From assembly GCA_038087875.1 (NCBI GenBank), contig JAXLNO010000230.1, positions 1-64,000 of the forward strand: DNA of 64,000 nucleotides. The letters are read 5' to 3'. The notes under the pieces were generated by a model that was not told the DNA's origin, did no database searches, and worked only from the letters and a program-made list of their open reading frames with translations. The translations under genes were made by a program, and so were the position numbers. The stretch is from Malacoraja senta. Its lineage: Eukaryota. Positions 24,358-37,564 of this stretch are shown one piece after another (the stretch's first letter is position 1; the number at the start of each line of letters is the position of its first letter).

Positions 24358-24385
24358 CTGAAGAAGGGTCTCGACCCGAAACGTC
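24358..24385 (+). ncRNA. Minimal type-I hammerhead-ribozyme-like motif (representative of many copies in Penelope-derived tails)
   Basis: CTGAAGA-A-GGGT(CTCG)ACCC-GAAA-CG-TC: CUGAnGA and GAAA core, stem II, palindromic ACGT helix III, GUC triplet. Stem I is weak and activity is unverified. Confidence 0.55.
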
Positions 24386-24472
24386 ACCCATTCCTTTTCT
24401 CCAGAGATACTCCTGTCCCACTGAGTTTCTCCAGCATTTTGTGTCTGTCTCTGCTTTAAGTCGTGTTCCTAA

Positions 24473-25177
24473 AAGGCCTGTCTCACGGGTATGCGGTACT
24501 GGCGGTGAAGCAGGAAGTTGGGACCGCTCGTGGACTGCCAGAGACTGCGCATGGCCCGCGGGGTCAGTCCCACGCACACCACCGGGACCGTGCGGTGTTG
24601 GTCCCACGGTGCTCACAAAAAGTCGACAACGTTCAAAAATGTTGTCCTACCGCACAGCCGCCGCCAGTGCGGCACGAGCACCGCCACAGCCGCCGCCAGT
24701 GCGGCACGAGCACCGCCACAGCCGCCGCCAGTGCGGCGCGAGCACCACCACAGCCGCTGCCAGTGCGCCGTGAGCACCACTAGCACCGCCACAGCCGCCG
24801 CCAGTGCGGCACGAGCACCGCCACAGCCGCTGCCAGTGCGCCGTGAGCATCACTAGCAGCGCCGCGAGCCGAATTGACGTCATCGCGTAGCGCGTTGCGT
24901 TGCGCGATGTCGTCATCACCCGACGCCGTGCTCGTGGGACAGGCCGTGCGGTGATCACCCGGCATACGCGCGGCAACAACTTCCGGTAAGGTTTAATTTT
25001 TTTAAACTTACAGCAAGCTTGTGGGACCGGCCTTACGGAGATCACTCGGCCCCCGCGTGGCATCCGTGCGGCGCTCCCGCGGCATACGCGCGCCGCTCTC
25101 GCGGTAGCCGCGCGGTCCCCGCTTCCGGCGACGCCGCGCTTCACCGCCAGTAACCGCCTGCCCGTGGGACAGGGCCA
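24473..25177. mobile_element. PIF/Harbinger-like MITE with an internal GC-rich ~32-bp tandem repeat
   Basis: TIRs GGCCTGTCTCACGGGTATGCGGTACTGGCGGTGAAGC / GCTTCACCGCCAGTAACCGCCTGCCCGTGGGACAGGGCC; TAA and TTA flanks; repeat AGCACCGCCACAGCCGCCGCCAGTGCGGCACG at about 24653-24850. Confidence 0.82.
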
Positions 25178-25351
25178 TTAGAAACTTATAGAAACTTACA
25201 ATAGCAAATGTATCTTTTCAGACAGGATTTTCAAAAATAAAGGCATTGTCATTAGCGATATTTATGTTTGTTACGCCAAGCTAAAAATACATGAGGCTGA
25301 ATGTTACATTGTTTTATAGAGTTTAGTTGTACAAGTGTCACTGGAAGCAAG

Positions 25352-26089
25352 AGTCAAGAGTGTTTTATTGTCATATGTCCCAGATAGGACAATGAAATTC
25401 TTACTTGCTGCAGCACAACAGAATATGTAAACATAGTACATAACGGGGGAAAAAAAAGTTCAGTGTGTATATATACACATTCACACATACTCAATAAATA
25501 AACAAATATAGTGCAATAATAATAATAGTCTGTTATAGTTCAGAGCTTATTTGCTGTCGTGTTTAATAGCCTGTTGGCTGTAGGGAAGAAGTTGTTCCTC
25601 AACCAGGACGTTACAGTTTTCACGCTCCTGTACCTTCTTCTCGATGGCAACGGTGAAATGAGTGTGCGGCCAGGATGGTGTGGGTCTTTGATGCTGTTGG
25701 CCACCTTTTTGAGGCAGCGTCTTCGATAGATCCCTTCAATGGTGGGGAGGTCAGAGCCGATGATGGACTGGGCAGTGGTCACAACTTTTTGTAGTCTTTT
25801 TCGCTCCTGGATGTTCAAGTTACCGAACCAGGCCATGATGCAGCCAGTCAGTATGCTCTCTACTGTGCACCTGTAGAAGTTCAAGAGAATCCTCCTTGAC
25901 ATACCGACTCTCTGTAATCTTCTCAGGAAGTAGAGGCGCTGATGTGTCTTCTTTATAATTGCATCAGTGTGCTGGGTCCAGGAAAGATCTTCGGAACTAT
26001 GCACGTCCAGGAATTTGAAGTTTTTGACCATCTCCACCCTCGTCCCGTTGATATAAACAGGATTGTGGGTCCTCATCCTTCCCCTTCCA
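25352..26089 (-). mobile_element. 5'-truncated Rex1/Babar LINE
   Basis: ORF 25540-26136: KFLDVH..DLSW..HQRLYFLRRL..FYRCTVESILT..DPHHPG..RRYRS; CTTGA-type tail; TSD AAGCAAG. Confidence 0.88.
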
Positions 26090-26504
26090 AAGCAAGTAAT
26101 TGCAAGTAATGGTAGTTTAAATGATTTTTTGTGCACAACTTAAAATAAAGAAAATATTTTGGACATTTGGTCATTCTCTGACTTTAAACTATACCGGCAT
26201 AAGCAAAATAAATCTTGACAGAAGGAAGATATTAGGAATATTATATTATGATGGATTCTGACCTGAAAGTTACTCCAGAGATGCTGCCTGAACCACTGAG
26301 TTCCTCCAACATTTTGTGTCTTTCTTTGGAATAAACCAGTATCTGCAATTCCTTGTTATTACATTATGTCTTGATATAAAGTGGTGTCAGGTATTAGGTG
26401 AATTAAATCTGCTACAGTGTGAAGTTCACTGTGGGTTCCAAATTGACTCCTCAAAGGAGTATTGCAAACTAAACGATAGCAACAGTAAGCATTTAGATAG
26501 TGGA

Positions 26505-26725
26505 CGCTGGCGCGGTTTAGCTGCCGCTGCTCTCGCCTCAAATTGTGTTTCTGATTTTCTTTTTGTGCCTTTGGAATGAATTCTGTGCTTAATTTGTGTA
26601 TTGTGATGTTGTTGATGTCCCTACTATTTTTAAATTTTTTTATTCTGCTTATATGTTTTGTAATCTGCTTATCTGCAAGGCGTCCTTGAGAGTCTTTGAA
26701 AGGCGCCCATAAGTGTAATGATAAA
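26505..26725 (+). mobile_element. 3' end of an L2-type LINE or SINE
   Basis: Terminal GCAAGGCGTCCTTGAG...GAAAGGCGCCCATAA stem-loop typical of L2 tails. Confidence 0.5.
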
Positions 26726-26941
26726 TTAAAAAACAAAACAAACAAAAAAAAATCAATTTTTAATATGCTTTTAAAAAAATGATCACACTGATGTTTCTGC
26801 ATATAATAATAGGGGCAAATGACCAAGGGCTTAGTCCAAGTGGTAAGTTTTTAAACAGCATCTTAAAGAAGAGAGGAGAAAGTTGGAGACGTTTAGGCAT
26901 CCAAAACAGTTTACCTTGATAGAACAATTAAAACTGAGGAT

Positions 26942-27151
26942 AGACACAAAAAGCAGGAGTAACTCAGCAGGACAGGCAGCATTTCTGGAGAGAAAGAATG
27001 GTTGACGTTTCGGTTCGAGACCCTTCATCAGACTCGACCTGAAACGTCACCCATTCCTTCTCTCCAGAGATGCTGCCTGTCCCGCTGAGTTACTCCTGCT
27101 TTCTGTGTCTATCTTTGGTTTAAACCAGCATCTGCAGTTCCTTCCTACACA
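26942..27151. mobile_element. Inverted pair of Penelope-derived tail units inserted as one event
   Basis: Perfect 16-bp TSD AATTAAAACTGAGGAT (26926-26941 and 27152-27167). The two halves are reverse complements. CTGATGA...GAAACGTC motif on the minus strand at 27004-27031. Confidence 0.9.
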
Positions 27152-29167
27152 AATTAAAACTGAGGATGCTCCCGAGACCTCAATTGTTGTACTTGAGAGC
27201 ATTGAAGAGCATGGGAGAGATGGTGCTATGTTGGTATTTGTAAACAAGGAAGACTGGTCGATTATGTGGGTTAAAAATGCCACCAAAAAAACTGCAAATG
27301 CTGGGCATCTGAAGTAAAAACAGAAAAAGTTGTAAACACTCAGATTAGGCAGCATTTGTGGAAAGAGAAACAGTTAATGTTTCAGGCTAGAAATCTATCG
27401 TTGGAACTGGGAAAGAGAGAGAAGAAGCTATTTTATTTTTGGAGTGGAAGTGGTGGAAGGAATGGGCCGGACTTTTTATGTTTTGGATCTAATCTGCTAA
27501 CTTGTTTTCTGATCCCTAACCTTTTGGACTAGTCTCCCATATGGGACCTTCTCAAAAGCCTTACCGAAGCCCATGTAAACACTGCCCTCATTAATACACT
27601 TGTGGCCTATCCAAACAGTTCAGTCAGATGGGACAGACTAAATCTGCCCTTCGCAAGGCCATGTTAGCTATCACTGATTAGTTTCCGCCTTGCCATGCAA
27701 TCATTGATGGCAGTGCACTAGATTGGATCTCACAGGTGAATTGCTGCTTCATCTGGAAAGAATGTTTGGCTCACTTGAAAGGAAGAGGTGAAAGGACAGA
27801 TGTAGCATCTCCTGCAGTTGTAAGGGAAAGTGGCATAAGAAAAGGGGTGCTCAGTGGAGATGCAAGAGCAGGCCAACAACCATGAGGGAATTGCATCTCT
27901 GGAGAAAAGGAATGGGTGACATTTTGGGTTGGAATATCTGAAGAGGAGTTCCGACCCAAAACATCACCTATTCCTTTTCTCTAGAGATGCTACCTGACCT
28001 ATTGAGTCATCTTAATGGAGTTGGCAGAAAGTGTAAAGGATGACCTGTTGAAAGCAAAAGTAAATTAGGTGGAAACCAAGGGCCAGGGGCAATGTCCTGA
28101 GTCTGTCTAGGAATGAGGATGGAGGTGGTAGTGAGAGCAGGGGTGCAGGAAATAGATGGGTTCAAGAATCCGTCCACATTGGCTTTGGGGTAACCAGAGT
28201 TCAGGAAAAAGGAAAACATATCAAAGATATCAGTGCAGAAGGTCTCCCCATCAGAGCAAACATGGCAGAGACAGAAACCCGGGGGAGAGTAGAATGGAAT
28301 TCTTGGAGGAGGCAGGGTAGGGGGATAGTATACAAAAGATAACTAAGAGTTTATGGGCTTGTAATCAATGTTTATGGATAGATAGCCTATAAGACACAGA
28401 TCCAAAATGAGTAAGGTAGAATCAGAGATGGACCATATGAAGGTGAGAACAGAGTGGAAATTGACAGTAAAAATGATGAAACGTGCATTCTGTATGAGAG
28501 CAAGAAGCAACACCAGTGCAATTGCCTTTGTACAAGAAAGAGAGTTGGGAGAGCTTGAAACAGTGTTCTATGTATCCCACAAAAAGACAGGTGATGCTTG
28601 GAGCATACAGCCACACCCTTTAGTATTTGATATTTCCACCCTGAGAAAAAAACTCTATCTAACCTTTCAGTTTCTCTCATAATTTTATATACTTCTATCA
28701 GGTCGTCCCTCAGCCTTCAACACTCCAATATAATCTCATATTGTCCAACTTCTTCCTATAGCTAATAATCTCCAATCTAGGCAACATCTTGCTGAACCTT
28801 GCTCTGATTTGTTCAGTGTCCTGTATTCAGCCAGTATTTATTACTTTAACTATGCATCGTGTGAAACAAAACAAAACTGCTTTGCTTTGATATCCCAGGC
28901 ATCTAAGATCTAAGATCAGGAAAACATTTGCAGCAGGTTTGTGATGCTTGGGTGGATATATTTAATATTAGCTGAGTAAAACCACATGTACTCACTTGTT
29001 GATTGATGTCTATGTTTATAGAATTAAAAGGATAAAATGTTTAAGTATAAATCTATGTATAAAAACAATTATGATACACAGTTGAGAATCAAATTGGAAT
29101 TATAATTGTATCTTGGGGCTTCCAATACAAATTAATTTCTTGGTGAGTTCCCAACTATAAATGTTCA

Positions 29168-29660
29168 GATGTGTAGGAAGGAACTGCAGATGCTGGTTTA
29201 AACCGTATAGACAAAAATTGCTGGAGTAACTCAGCGGACAGGCAGCATCTCTGGATAGAATGAATGAGTTTTGGATAAAGACCCCTTTTCAGACTGAGTC
29301 AGGGGAGAGGGAGATACAGAGGTAAGGAAGTGTAGGGTGTGAAAATGAGATAAAGGGGAGGAGCTCAAGGAACATGTAGAATAGATCATTGTTAGCTAGG
29401 AGAAGGTAACAACAAAGCAAACAGATAAAATGTAATTGCGGATAATCAGACTGACCGGAGAACTGGGAAGGGGGAGGGATGGAGCGAGAGGGAAAGCAAC
29501 GGTTAGAGGTCAATATTCATTCTGCTGGGGTGTAACAGCCCAAGTGAAATATGAGGTGCTGTTCCTCCAATTTGCACTGGGCCTGACACTGACAATGGAG
29601 CAGGCCCAGGACATAAAGGTCAATATGGGAATGGAAGGGGGAGTTAAATGTTCAGAGATG
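29168..29660 (-). mobile_element. Penelope-like 3' fragment
   Basis: Reverse-complement homology to the GIY-YIG C-terminus (KLEEQHLIF) and tail. Confidence 0.75.
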
Positions 29661-29694
29661 GGGTTTTGGATTATTGTGTGCAGTACTGATCACC

Positions 29695-30430
29695 CCATTA
29701 GGGGAAGGATGTGGAAGCTATGACCAGCGTGCAAGATATTTAGAGAATGCTACCTGAATTAGAGAATATTACCTACAAGGAGAGATTGGATTGTTTTCTC
29801 TGGAAAGCTAGAGGTGGGGGAGAGACCTGATAGATGTATGTAAAATTATGAGTCATAGAGAGGGCAGGGAGAAGCTTTTTCCAGTGGTGGGAATGTCAAC
29901 AACTGGAAGGCATAGCATTAAAATGAGAAGGACAGTTCAAATGAGCTGTGTGGGGCAAGTTTCCTATAGAGAGTGGTGAGAGCCTGGAAGACACTGGGGT
30001 GGTGGCTTTGGGGAGGATCAGAGGATATTACCTATGAGGAGAGATTGGATTGTTTTCTCTGGAATGTCGGAGGTTGAGGGGGAGACCTGATAGAAGTATA
30101 TAAAATTAAGAGAGGCATAGATAAGGTAGACAGAACCTTTTTCCCAGGAAGGAAATGTAATGACTCGAAGGCATATCTTTAAGGTGAGAGGGACAAAATT
30201 TAAAGGAGATGAGTAGGGAAAGTTTTTTTATACAGAGGGTGATGAGTGCCTGGAACGGCTGCCAAAGGTGATGGTAAAAGGCAGATATGATATTGGTGTT
30301 CAAGGTGCTTTTGTAGAGGCACATGGATATGCAGGGGATGGAGAGATATGGATCAAATGCAGGCAGGGATTAGTTTAACAGCATGGACATTGTGGGGTGA
30401 AGGGCCTGTTCCTGTGCTGTAATGTTCTAT
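29695..30430 (+). mobile_element. Two tandem, decayed 3' ends of an older CR1-type LINE
   Basis: About 29730-30010 and about 30020-30430 are mutually similar and match 2945-3225 plus 4511-4685. Confidence 0.65.
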
Positions 30431-31929
30431 ATACACACTCACATCCTCCTCCATCTATATCCCTGAAAATACATATATTAATATGCAGTCATTTGGTTTC
30501 AGTTTATCAGCTGTTCCATGACTTGCTGTTTGGGAGATAAGTGTGCAAACATGTCCCACTGCAGTGATGATGCACTGACATGTCACACCTTTGTCATTAC
30601 CAGTTTATGTCTGCTTTTAAAATTAAAGCTGTAAAATTGATGTTGCCTGTTCAAGTGACATTTATAATATTTTATAATTGCTTTACTTTTTTGTGCTTTC
30701 TTTGTTTAAAATAATCTTATGCTCTGTTTTAGTTTTACATATATGGATTTATTATGTATCCAGTTGCATTATTTCTTTATTTGTTGTTGTTTAGAATGCA
30801 GAAGTCATCTTGATAATTTGATTTAGGGAATATTCTGCATTTTAAAGCACTAATGAAAAATGTTGATTGAATTTTGTCAGCAAACTGCCCCACCCAAACT
30901 CTCCCTACTACCCCATCCAGTCTGAAGAAGGGTCTCAACCCAAAATGTAATTTGTCGATGTTCTTCAGAGATGCTGCCTGAGCCACTGAGTTGCCCCAAC
31001 ACTTTGCGTCTTTTTTGTAAACCAGCATCTGCAGTTCCACGTGTCTTATTCCTTTTGTCTAGGCTGAACACTGTAAATCTTTCCACTGAGAACTCTGATT
31101 AAAGTAGGACTGACTTGGCAATTTCAAGGTGAATTAACAATATGATTTATTATTAGTCATGACATTGAGGCACTGCATTATTTTCTTCAAAATTAGTTGG
31201 TATTCTGGAAAAAATATTATGCCTGTTTATTCCAGCTTGGCGACTTAGATTTCCAATGTTGATATTAATAAAATAAAATAATTACGTATTTCAGAATAAA
31301 TGACAAAGTGCCTATGAAGACTGTTTCTATGAAATAAAATCTAGAATAGTAATTACAGTTGTCTCATTCTTGGAAATGTTCTGTTGCTTTTTTAAGGAGT
31401 TGGTGTGTGTGATGTGAGATTAAGTGAAGAAGTATGGTTATGCCCTGATAAAAGTTTTGTTTTGCATGCTGTTCGCATCAGAAAGATGAAGGCGAGTGCT
31501 TCTCCTCATCAGAATTTGAGCCTTTGAGTGTCGTTTTCAAATGATTTGAACTTTTAAAATTTGAATTAAGGTTTCTTATATTGTTGATAGAACAAATTAG
31601 ATTTCTAGATGTGCAAGATTCTCATAGAAATTTGTGCCAAGCTGTTCATTAAATCATATTGCTCTCACCATTCCTTAATGGTCTCACAAATTCCTTATCA
31701 CATTGAAATTGGACATATTTGAGAACTGATAATCCTTCTCCTCATGTACACCATACCATTTGTTATCCCAATATTAGTGTGGTCACACTTCCAGCCATCC
31801 AGCTGTTAAATGCTAGAATTTTCTCTCCAGATTACTTCTAATCAGCTCTCCAAAACCATGTAGGATAATCACTCCGTTGCAGGACTGAGAAGCTTTCTTT
31901 CAAATGAGATGTTAGTCAGATGTATAGAT

Positions 31930-33228
31930 ACATAGATACATAGAAAATAGGTGCAGGAGTAGGCCATTCGGCCCTTCGAGCCTGCACCGCCATTCAATAT
32001 GATCATGGCTGATCATCCAACTCAGTATCCCGTACCTGCCTTCTCTCCATACCCCATGATCCCTTTAGCCACAAGGGCCACATCTAACTCCCTCTTAAAT
32101 ATAGCCAATGAACTGGCCTCAACTACCCTCTATGGCAGAGAGTTCCAGAGATTCACCACTCTCTGTGTGAAAAAGTTTTTTCTCATCTCAGTCTTAAAGG
32201 ATTTCCCCTTTATCCTTAAGCTGTGACCCCTTGTCCTGGACTTCCCCAACATCGGGAACAATCTTCCTGCATCTAGCCTGTCCAACCCCATAAGAATTTT
32301 GTACGTTTCTATAAGATCCCCTGTCAATTTCCTAAATTCTAGCGAGTATAAGCCAAGTCTATCCAGTCTTTCTTCATATGAATGTCCTGACATCCCAGGA
32401 ATCAGTCTGGTGAACCTTCTCTGCACTCCCTCTATGGCTATAATGTCCTTCCTCAGATTTGGAGACCAAAACTGTACGCAATACTCCAGCTGTGGTCTCA
32501 CCAAGACCCTGTACAACTGCAGTAGAACCTCCCTGCTCCTATACTCAAACCCTTTTGCTATGAAAGCTAACATACCATTCGCTTTCTTCACTGCCTGCTG
32601 CACCTGCATGCCTACTTTCAATGACTGGTGTACCATGACACCCAGGTCTCGCTGCATCTCCCCTTTTCCTAATCGGCCACCATTTAGATAATAGTCTGCT
32701 TTCCTGTTTTTGCCACCAAAGTGGATAACCTCACATTTATCCACATTATACTGCATCTGCCAAACATTTGCCCACTCACCCAGCCTATCCAAGTCACCTT
32801 GCAGTCTCCTAGCATCCTCCTCACAGCTAACACTGCGCCCCAGCTTAGTGTCATCCGCAAACTTGGAGATGTTGCCTTCAATTCCCTCATCCAGGTCATT
32901 AATATAAATTGTAAATAGCTGGGGTCCCAGCACTGAGCCTTGCGGTACCCCACTAGTCACTGCCTGCCATTGTGAAAAGGACCCGTTTACTCCTACTCTT
33001 TGCTTCCTGTTTGCCAGCCAGTTCTCTATCCACATCAATACTGAACCCCCGATACCGTGTGCTTTAAGTTTGTATACTAATCTCTTATGTGGGACCTTGT
33101 CGAAAGCCTTCTGAAAGTCCAGATACAACACATCCACTGGTTCACCCCTATCCACTCTACTAGTTACATCCTCGAAAAATTCTATAAGATTCGTCAGACA
33201 TGATTTACCTTTCGTAAATCCATGCTGA
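31930..33228 (-). mobile_element. 5'-truncated CR1 LINE with a long open RT frame
   Basis: ORF 32130-33155 (341 aa, GVPQGSVLGP, KFADD); octamer tail; TSD TATAGAT. Confidence 0.96.
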
Positions 33229-33951
33229 TATAGATTGCACTCATATTTTGAAGAAAATCAGGGAAGGTATGCCTGGTATCCTGGCAAATGTTTATTTGTC
33301 AATCAATATTTCTAAACTGTTTGTAGTTCTCAGGGTAGTTTAGTTTATTGTCATATGTACCAAGGTACAGTGGGAAGCCTTTATTTTGCATGCTGTCCAG
33401 TCAGTGGAAAGACTACATGATTACAATGAAGCTATCCACATACAACTATAGGATAAAGGGAATAATGTTTAATGCAAGATAAAGTCCAATAAAGTTAGTC
33501 CGAGGGTCTCCAATGAGGTAGATGGTAGGGCAGACTGCTCTCCAGTTGATAGGATGGTGCAGTTGCCTGAGAACAGCTGGGAAGAAAATGTCGCTGAATC
33601 TGGAGGTATGTGTTTTTACACTTGCCTGATGGGAGAGGGGAGAAGAAGGAATGTCAAGGGTGAGACTCGTCCTTGATTACGCTGGTGGCCTTGCCAAGGC
33701 AGCGTGAAGTGTAGATGGAGTCAAGGGAAGGAAGATAGATACAAAATGCTGGAGTAACTCAGCAGGTCAGGCAGCATCTCTGGAGAAAAGAAATATGTAA
33801 AATTTGGGGTTTAGACCCTTTTTCAGACAGTCAGGGGAGAGGAAAATTGGAGGTATGAAAAAGTACAGAATAAATCAGAGCCGTCACCGATGACTCGGGA
33901 AATGGGGAGCCCACAATGGTCCATTGTTGGCTGTTGAAGAGGTGTTAATGA

Positions 33952-36147
33952 GTTCAAGTTCAAGTGAGTTGATTGTCATGTGTCATAGGACAATGAAATT
34001 CTTGCTTTGCTTCAGCACAACAGAACATAGAAGGCATTGACTACAAAACAGTTCAGTGTGTCCATATATCATTATATAAATATATACACACATGAATAAA
34101 TAAGTGCAAATAACAGATAATGGGCTATTAATGTTCATAGTTTTGTCCGAGCCAAGTTTAATAGCCTGATGGCTGTGGGGAAGTTGCTATTCCTGAACCT
34201 GGTCGTTGCAGTCTTCAGGCTCCTGTACCTTCTACCTGAAGGTAGCAGGGAGATGAGTGTGTGGCCAGGATGGTGTGGGTCCTTGATGATACTGCCAGCC
34301 TTTTTGAGGCAGCGACTGCGATAGATCCCCTCGATGGAAGGGAGGTCTGAGCCGATGATGGACTGGGCAGTGTTTACTACTCTTTGTCGTCTTTTCCTCT
34401 CCAGGGCGCTCAGTTGCCGAACCAAGCCACGATGCAACCGGTCAGCATGCTCTCTACTGTGCACCTGTAGAAGTTAGAGAGAGTCCTCCTTTCTAACTTC
34501 TACAGGTGCACAGTCCTGAAGAAGTTAGAGAGAGTCCTCCTTACCAATACCAACGCTTAAAATGTGGATTTCAAGCATGATGGACACCGCACATCTTGAG
34601 GAAATGCGATTCCTCCTAATAGATAAATCAGACCAATTCTTAACGAGTTGGTCTCCATTTGTCGTCTTTTTGTAATCATATGGTGCAACACAATTGTAGA
34701 AGCTAACTGTTCCAGGACTGGGTGAGGGATGGTCAAGATTATAAATAATGATCTCCTTACTTTTCTCTTTTTATTTTCTACTCTCTTTTTTCTATTTTCT
34801 TTTCTTCAATTTTCTTCTTTCACTCTTTTTTTTTCTTTTCACACACTATATACCTCACGTTTTTCTATCTTTTACTATCTACTTTCTTTTTCTTATTCTT
34901 CTTTATCATAATAAAAAAATAAGAAGCTGTACATAAAATGTATTATGTCATTATATATTAGGCACTTTGGTGCCATATGATTGTACTTCTAATAAAATAA
35001 AAAAAAAAAAAAAAAAAAAAAGAGTGAGTCCTCCTTGACAAACCGACTCTCCGTAATCTTCTCAGGAAGTAGAGGCGCTGATGTGCTTTCTTAATAGTAG
35101 CATCAGTGTTCTCGGACCAGGAAAGATCTTCAGAGATGTGCACGCCCAGGAATTTAAAGCTCTTGACCCTTTCAATCATCGACCCATTGATATAGATGGG
35201 ACTGTGGGTCCCCATCCTACTCCTTCCAAAGTCCACAATCAGTTCCTTGGTTTTGCTGGTGTTGAGGGCCAGGTTATTGTGCTGGCACCATATGGACAGT
35301 TGCTTGATCTCTCTTCTGTACTCTGACATCCCCATCAGTGATACGTCCCACAACAGTGGTGTCGTCAGCGAACTTGATGGTCGAGTTCGCACTATGACCA
35401 GCTACGCAGTCATGAGTATAGAGTGAGTACAGCAGGGGCCTGAGCATGCAGCCTTGAGGTGCTCCCATGCTGATTGTTATCGAGTCTGACACATTTCCAC
35501 CAATACGAACAGACTGTGGTCTGAGAATGAGGAAGTCGAGGATCCAATTGCAGAGGGATGCGCAGATACCCAGTTCTGCGAGTTTGGTAACCAGCTTGGA
35601 GGGAATGATTGTATTAAATGCCGAGCTGTAATCGATGAATAACAGCCTGACATATGATTTTTTGTTGTCCAAGTGGTCCAGAGCGGAGTGGAGGGCCAGT
35701 GAGATCGCATCCACCGTTGATCTGTTGTGGCGGTAAGCGAACTGCAGTGGGTCCAGGTTTTTGTCGAGGTAAGAGTTGATTTGCTCCATGATCAACCTCT
35801 CAAAGCACTTCGTCACCACAGGCGTTAGTGCCACAGGTCGATAGTCATTGAGGCACATCACCTTGCTCTTCTTGGGCACTGGTATGATTGATGCCCTTTT
35901 GAAGCAGGTGGGAACCTCAGACCTCAGAAATGAGAGGTTGAAAATGTCTGTAAAAACTCCAGCAAGTTGGTCCGCACAGGTTTTTAGAACACGACCAGGT
36001 ATACCATCAGGTCCAGGCACTTTTCGAGGGTTCACCCCTCTGAAGGATTTCCTGACGTCGGCCTCTGTGACTGAGACTGAAATACCATCACAGCGAATGG
36101 GAGCTCGGGAAGGCACATCGGTGTTCTCCCTATCAAAGCGTGCGTAA
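33952..36147 (-). mobile_element. Rex1/Babar LINE (RT), inserted in a Penelope fragment (about 33735-36290) and interrupted by an L1 3' end
   Basis: ORFs 35274-36116 ([38 protein letters not shown]), 34958-35392 and 34135-34464; CTTGAA tail; AATGA duplicated. Confidence 0.92.
34543..35021 (+). mobile_element. Short 5'-truncated L1 3' end with poly-A
   Basis: PIPTLKMWISSMMDTAHLEEMRF, homologous to the ORF2 end at about 46365-46497; AATAAA plus poly-A; TSD GAG(A/T)GAGTCCTCCTT. Confidence 0.88.
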
Positions 36148-36544
36148 AATGAAGGGATACGAACAGTGATACTAACAAAATGACTAGGGTGGGGGAGGGA
36201 GGGGGAGAGAGGGAATGCAAAGGTTACTTAAAGAATTCATTATACATACCACTGGGTTGTAAGCTGCCGAAGAGAAATATGAGGTTTGTTTGCACGATGG
36301 TCTGGGCTCAGACCCGTACGAAGCTTTTCAAAAAGGGGGGTGGCATGACAGGATTTGCAGAACCAGGGTTGGTTTACAGGGCAAGGCCAACGAATGCCCT
36401 TGCATTAGTAGTAGTGGTAATGGCAATATACATTCAGGAGCACCTGTTCCGTTGTTTTTCACAATCCGCAAGCATTGCCACTTTCATTTTACTGCACATC
36501 TTGTATGTATATGTGGCAAATAGACTTGACTTACCTTGACTTGA

Positions 36545-36800
36545 CGACAAGTGATTTCCTGTTGTTCACAAACAAGGCACAAGGTAGGCATAAGACGGCA
36601 TCCACATGATCGCTATATACAAGCCAGGGATATGCTCGAAACCAGTCAGGGTTAAATATTCGCCAGCATCCATTCTTATACAAGGCACCATATTTGTACG
36701 TTGGACCCAGTTTAAAGTGATTCTGTATGAGGTACAGCTTCTGAGAGGTTGGCAATAGCTTTAGCAGCTTCTTCATTGGTTGTGGTAGAATTAAGGAGAA
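36545..36800 (-). pseudogene. Fragment of a hAT-type transposase N-terminus (TTF-type zinc finger)
   Basis: RIFNPDWFRAYPWLVYSDHVDAVLCLPCALF matches the ZnF_TTF pattern (RxFxxxW...PWLxYS...DAxxCxxCxLF). Confidence 0.75.
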
Positions 36801-37564
36801 CTAGACCAAGTGCAGACCCGTTGGGTCTGTTCGCCCAACATGCGGTTGCGGGGGGGGGGGGGTGGGCATGTGGCGTCACACACATTAACCACCCCCGCAC
36901 ACGCGCTAACTACCCCCCCCGCACACGCGCTAACTACCCCCCTTGTCAATATATTAATGTTATTAATTTGCTCCTATTACCCCATAACCGCCCAATCTAC
37001 TGACGCATAGCCCCCAACTCGCAGGCGCGTCTAGAGAGGGAGGGGGGGGAGGTAGAGTGAGGGCAAAGAGAGATGGGGGGGAGAGGGAGAAACAGGGAGG
37101 GGGGAACAGGGAGGGGGGAGGGGGGAGAGAGAGAAAGAGAGAGAGAGGTGGGGGAGAGAGAGGAGGGGGAGAGAGAGAGAGAGGTGGGGGAGAGAGAGAG
37201 AGGTGGGGAGAGAGAGAGAGGAGGGGGGAGAGAGAGGGGGGGTCACAAGGTTTTTATCAAAGGACTTGCGAGCGGCGCGACTGGCAGCGCGTTGGGTTTG
37301 CAGCGGGAGGGAGGGAGGGGCAGCCATGTTCTACCATCGGGCGGGGGATACGGAAAAGATTCAGAAGCCGGTGGCCTCCGGTGACCAGCTGTAACCTGCT
37401 GTGACCTCCCGATCTGCAGAACGCTCGTTCTTTCTGCGCATTTGTACGGGGGGGGGGGTGGGGGGTGGAGCGGGCGGACGCGGGAGTCCAGCTGCGGGAG
37501 GCATGGCGCGAGCGTACTTGAGCGGGGGACGGGGCCAGGAGCCAGGTGGGCCTCGATTGGTGGG
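36801..37564 (-). mobile_element. 3' part of a non-autonomous Helitron
   Basis: Minus strand ends CTAG|T at 36801 with a CAGACCC-GTT-GGGTCTG hairpin (36813-36829) 8 nt inside. GC/GA-rich interior; 5' end not found. Confidence 0.7.

Noticed and set aside
30549..30585. GTGATGA...CTGA flanked by ACATGT repeats, resembling snoRNA C and D boxes
   Set aside because: The boxes are only about 4 nt apart, far too close for a C/D snoRNA.
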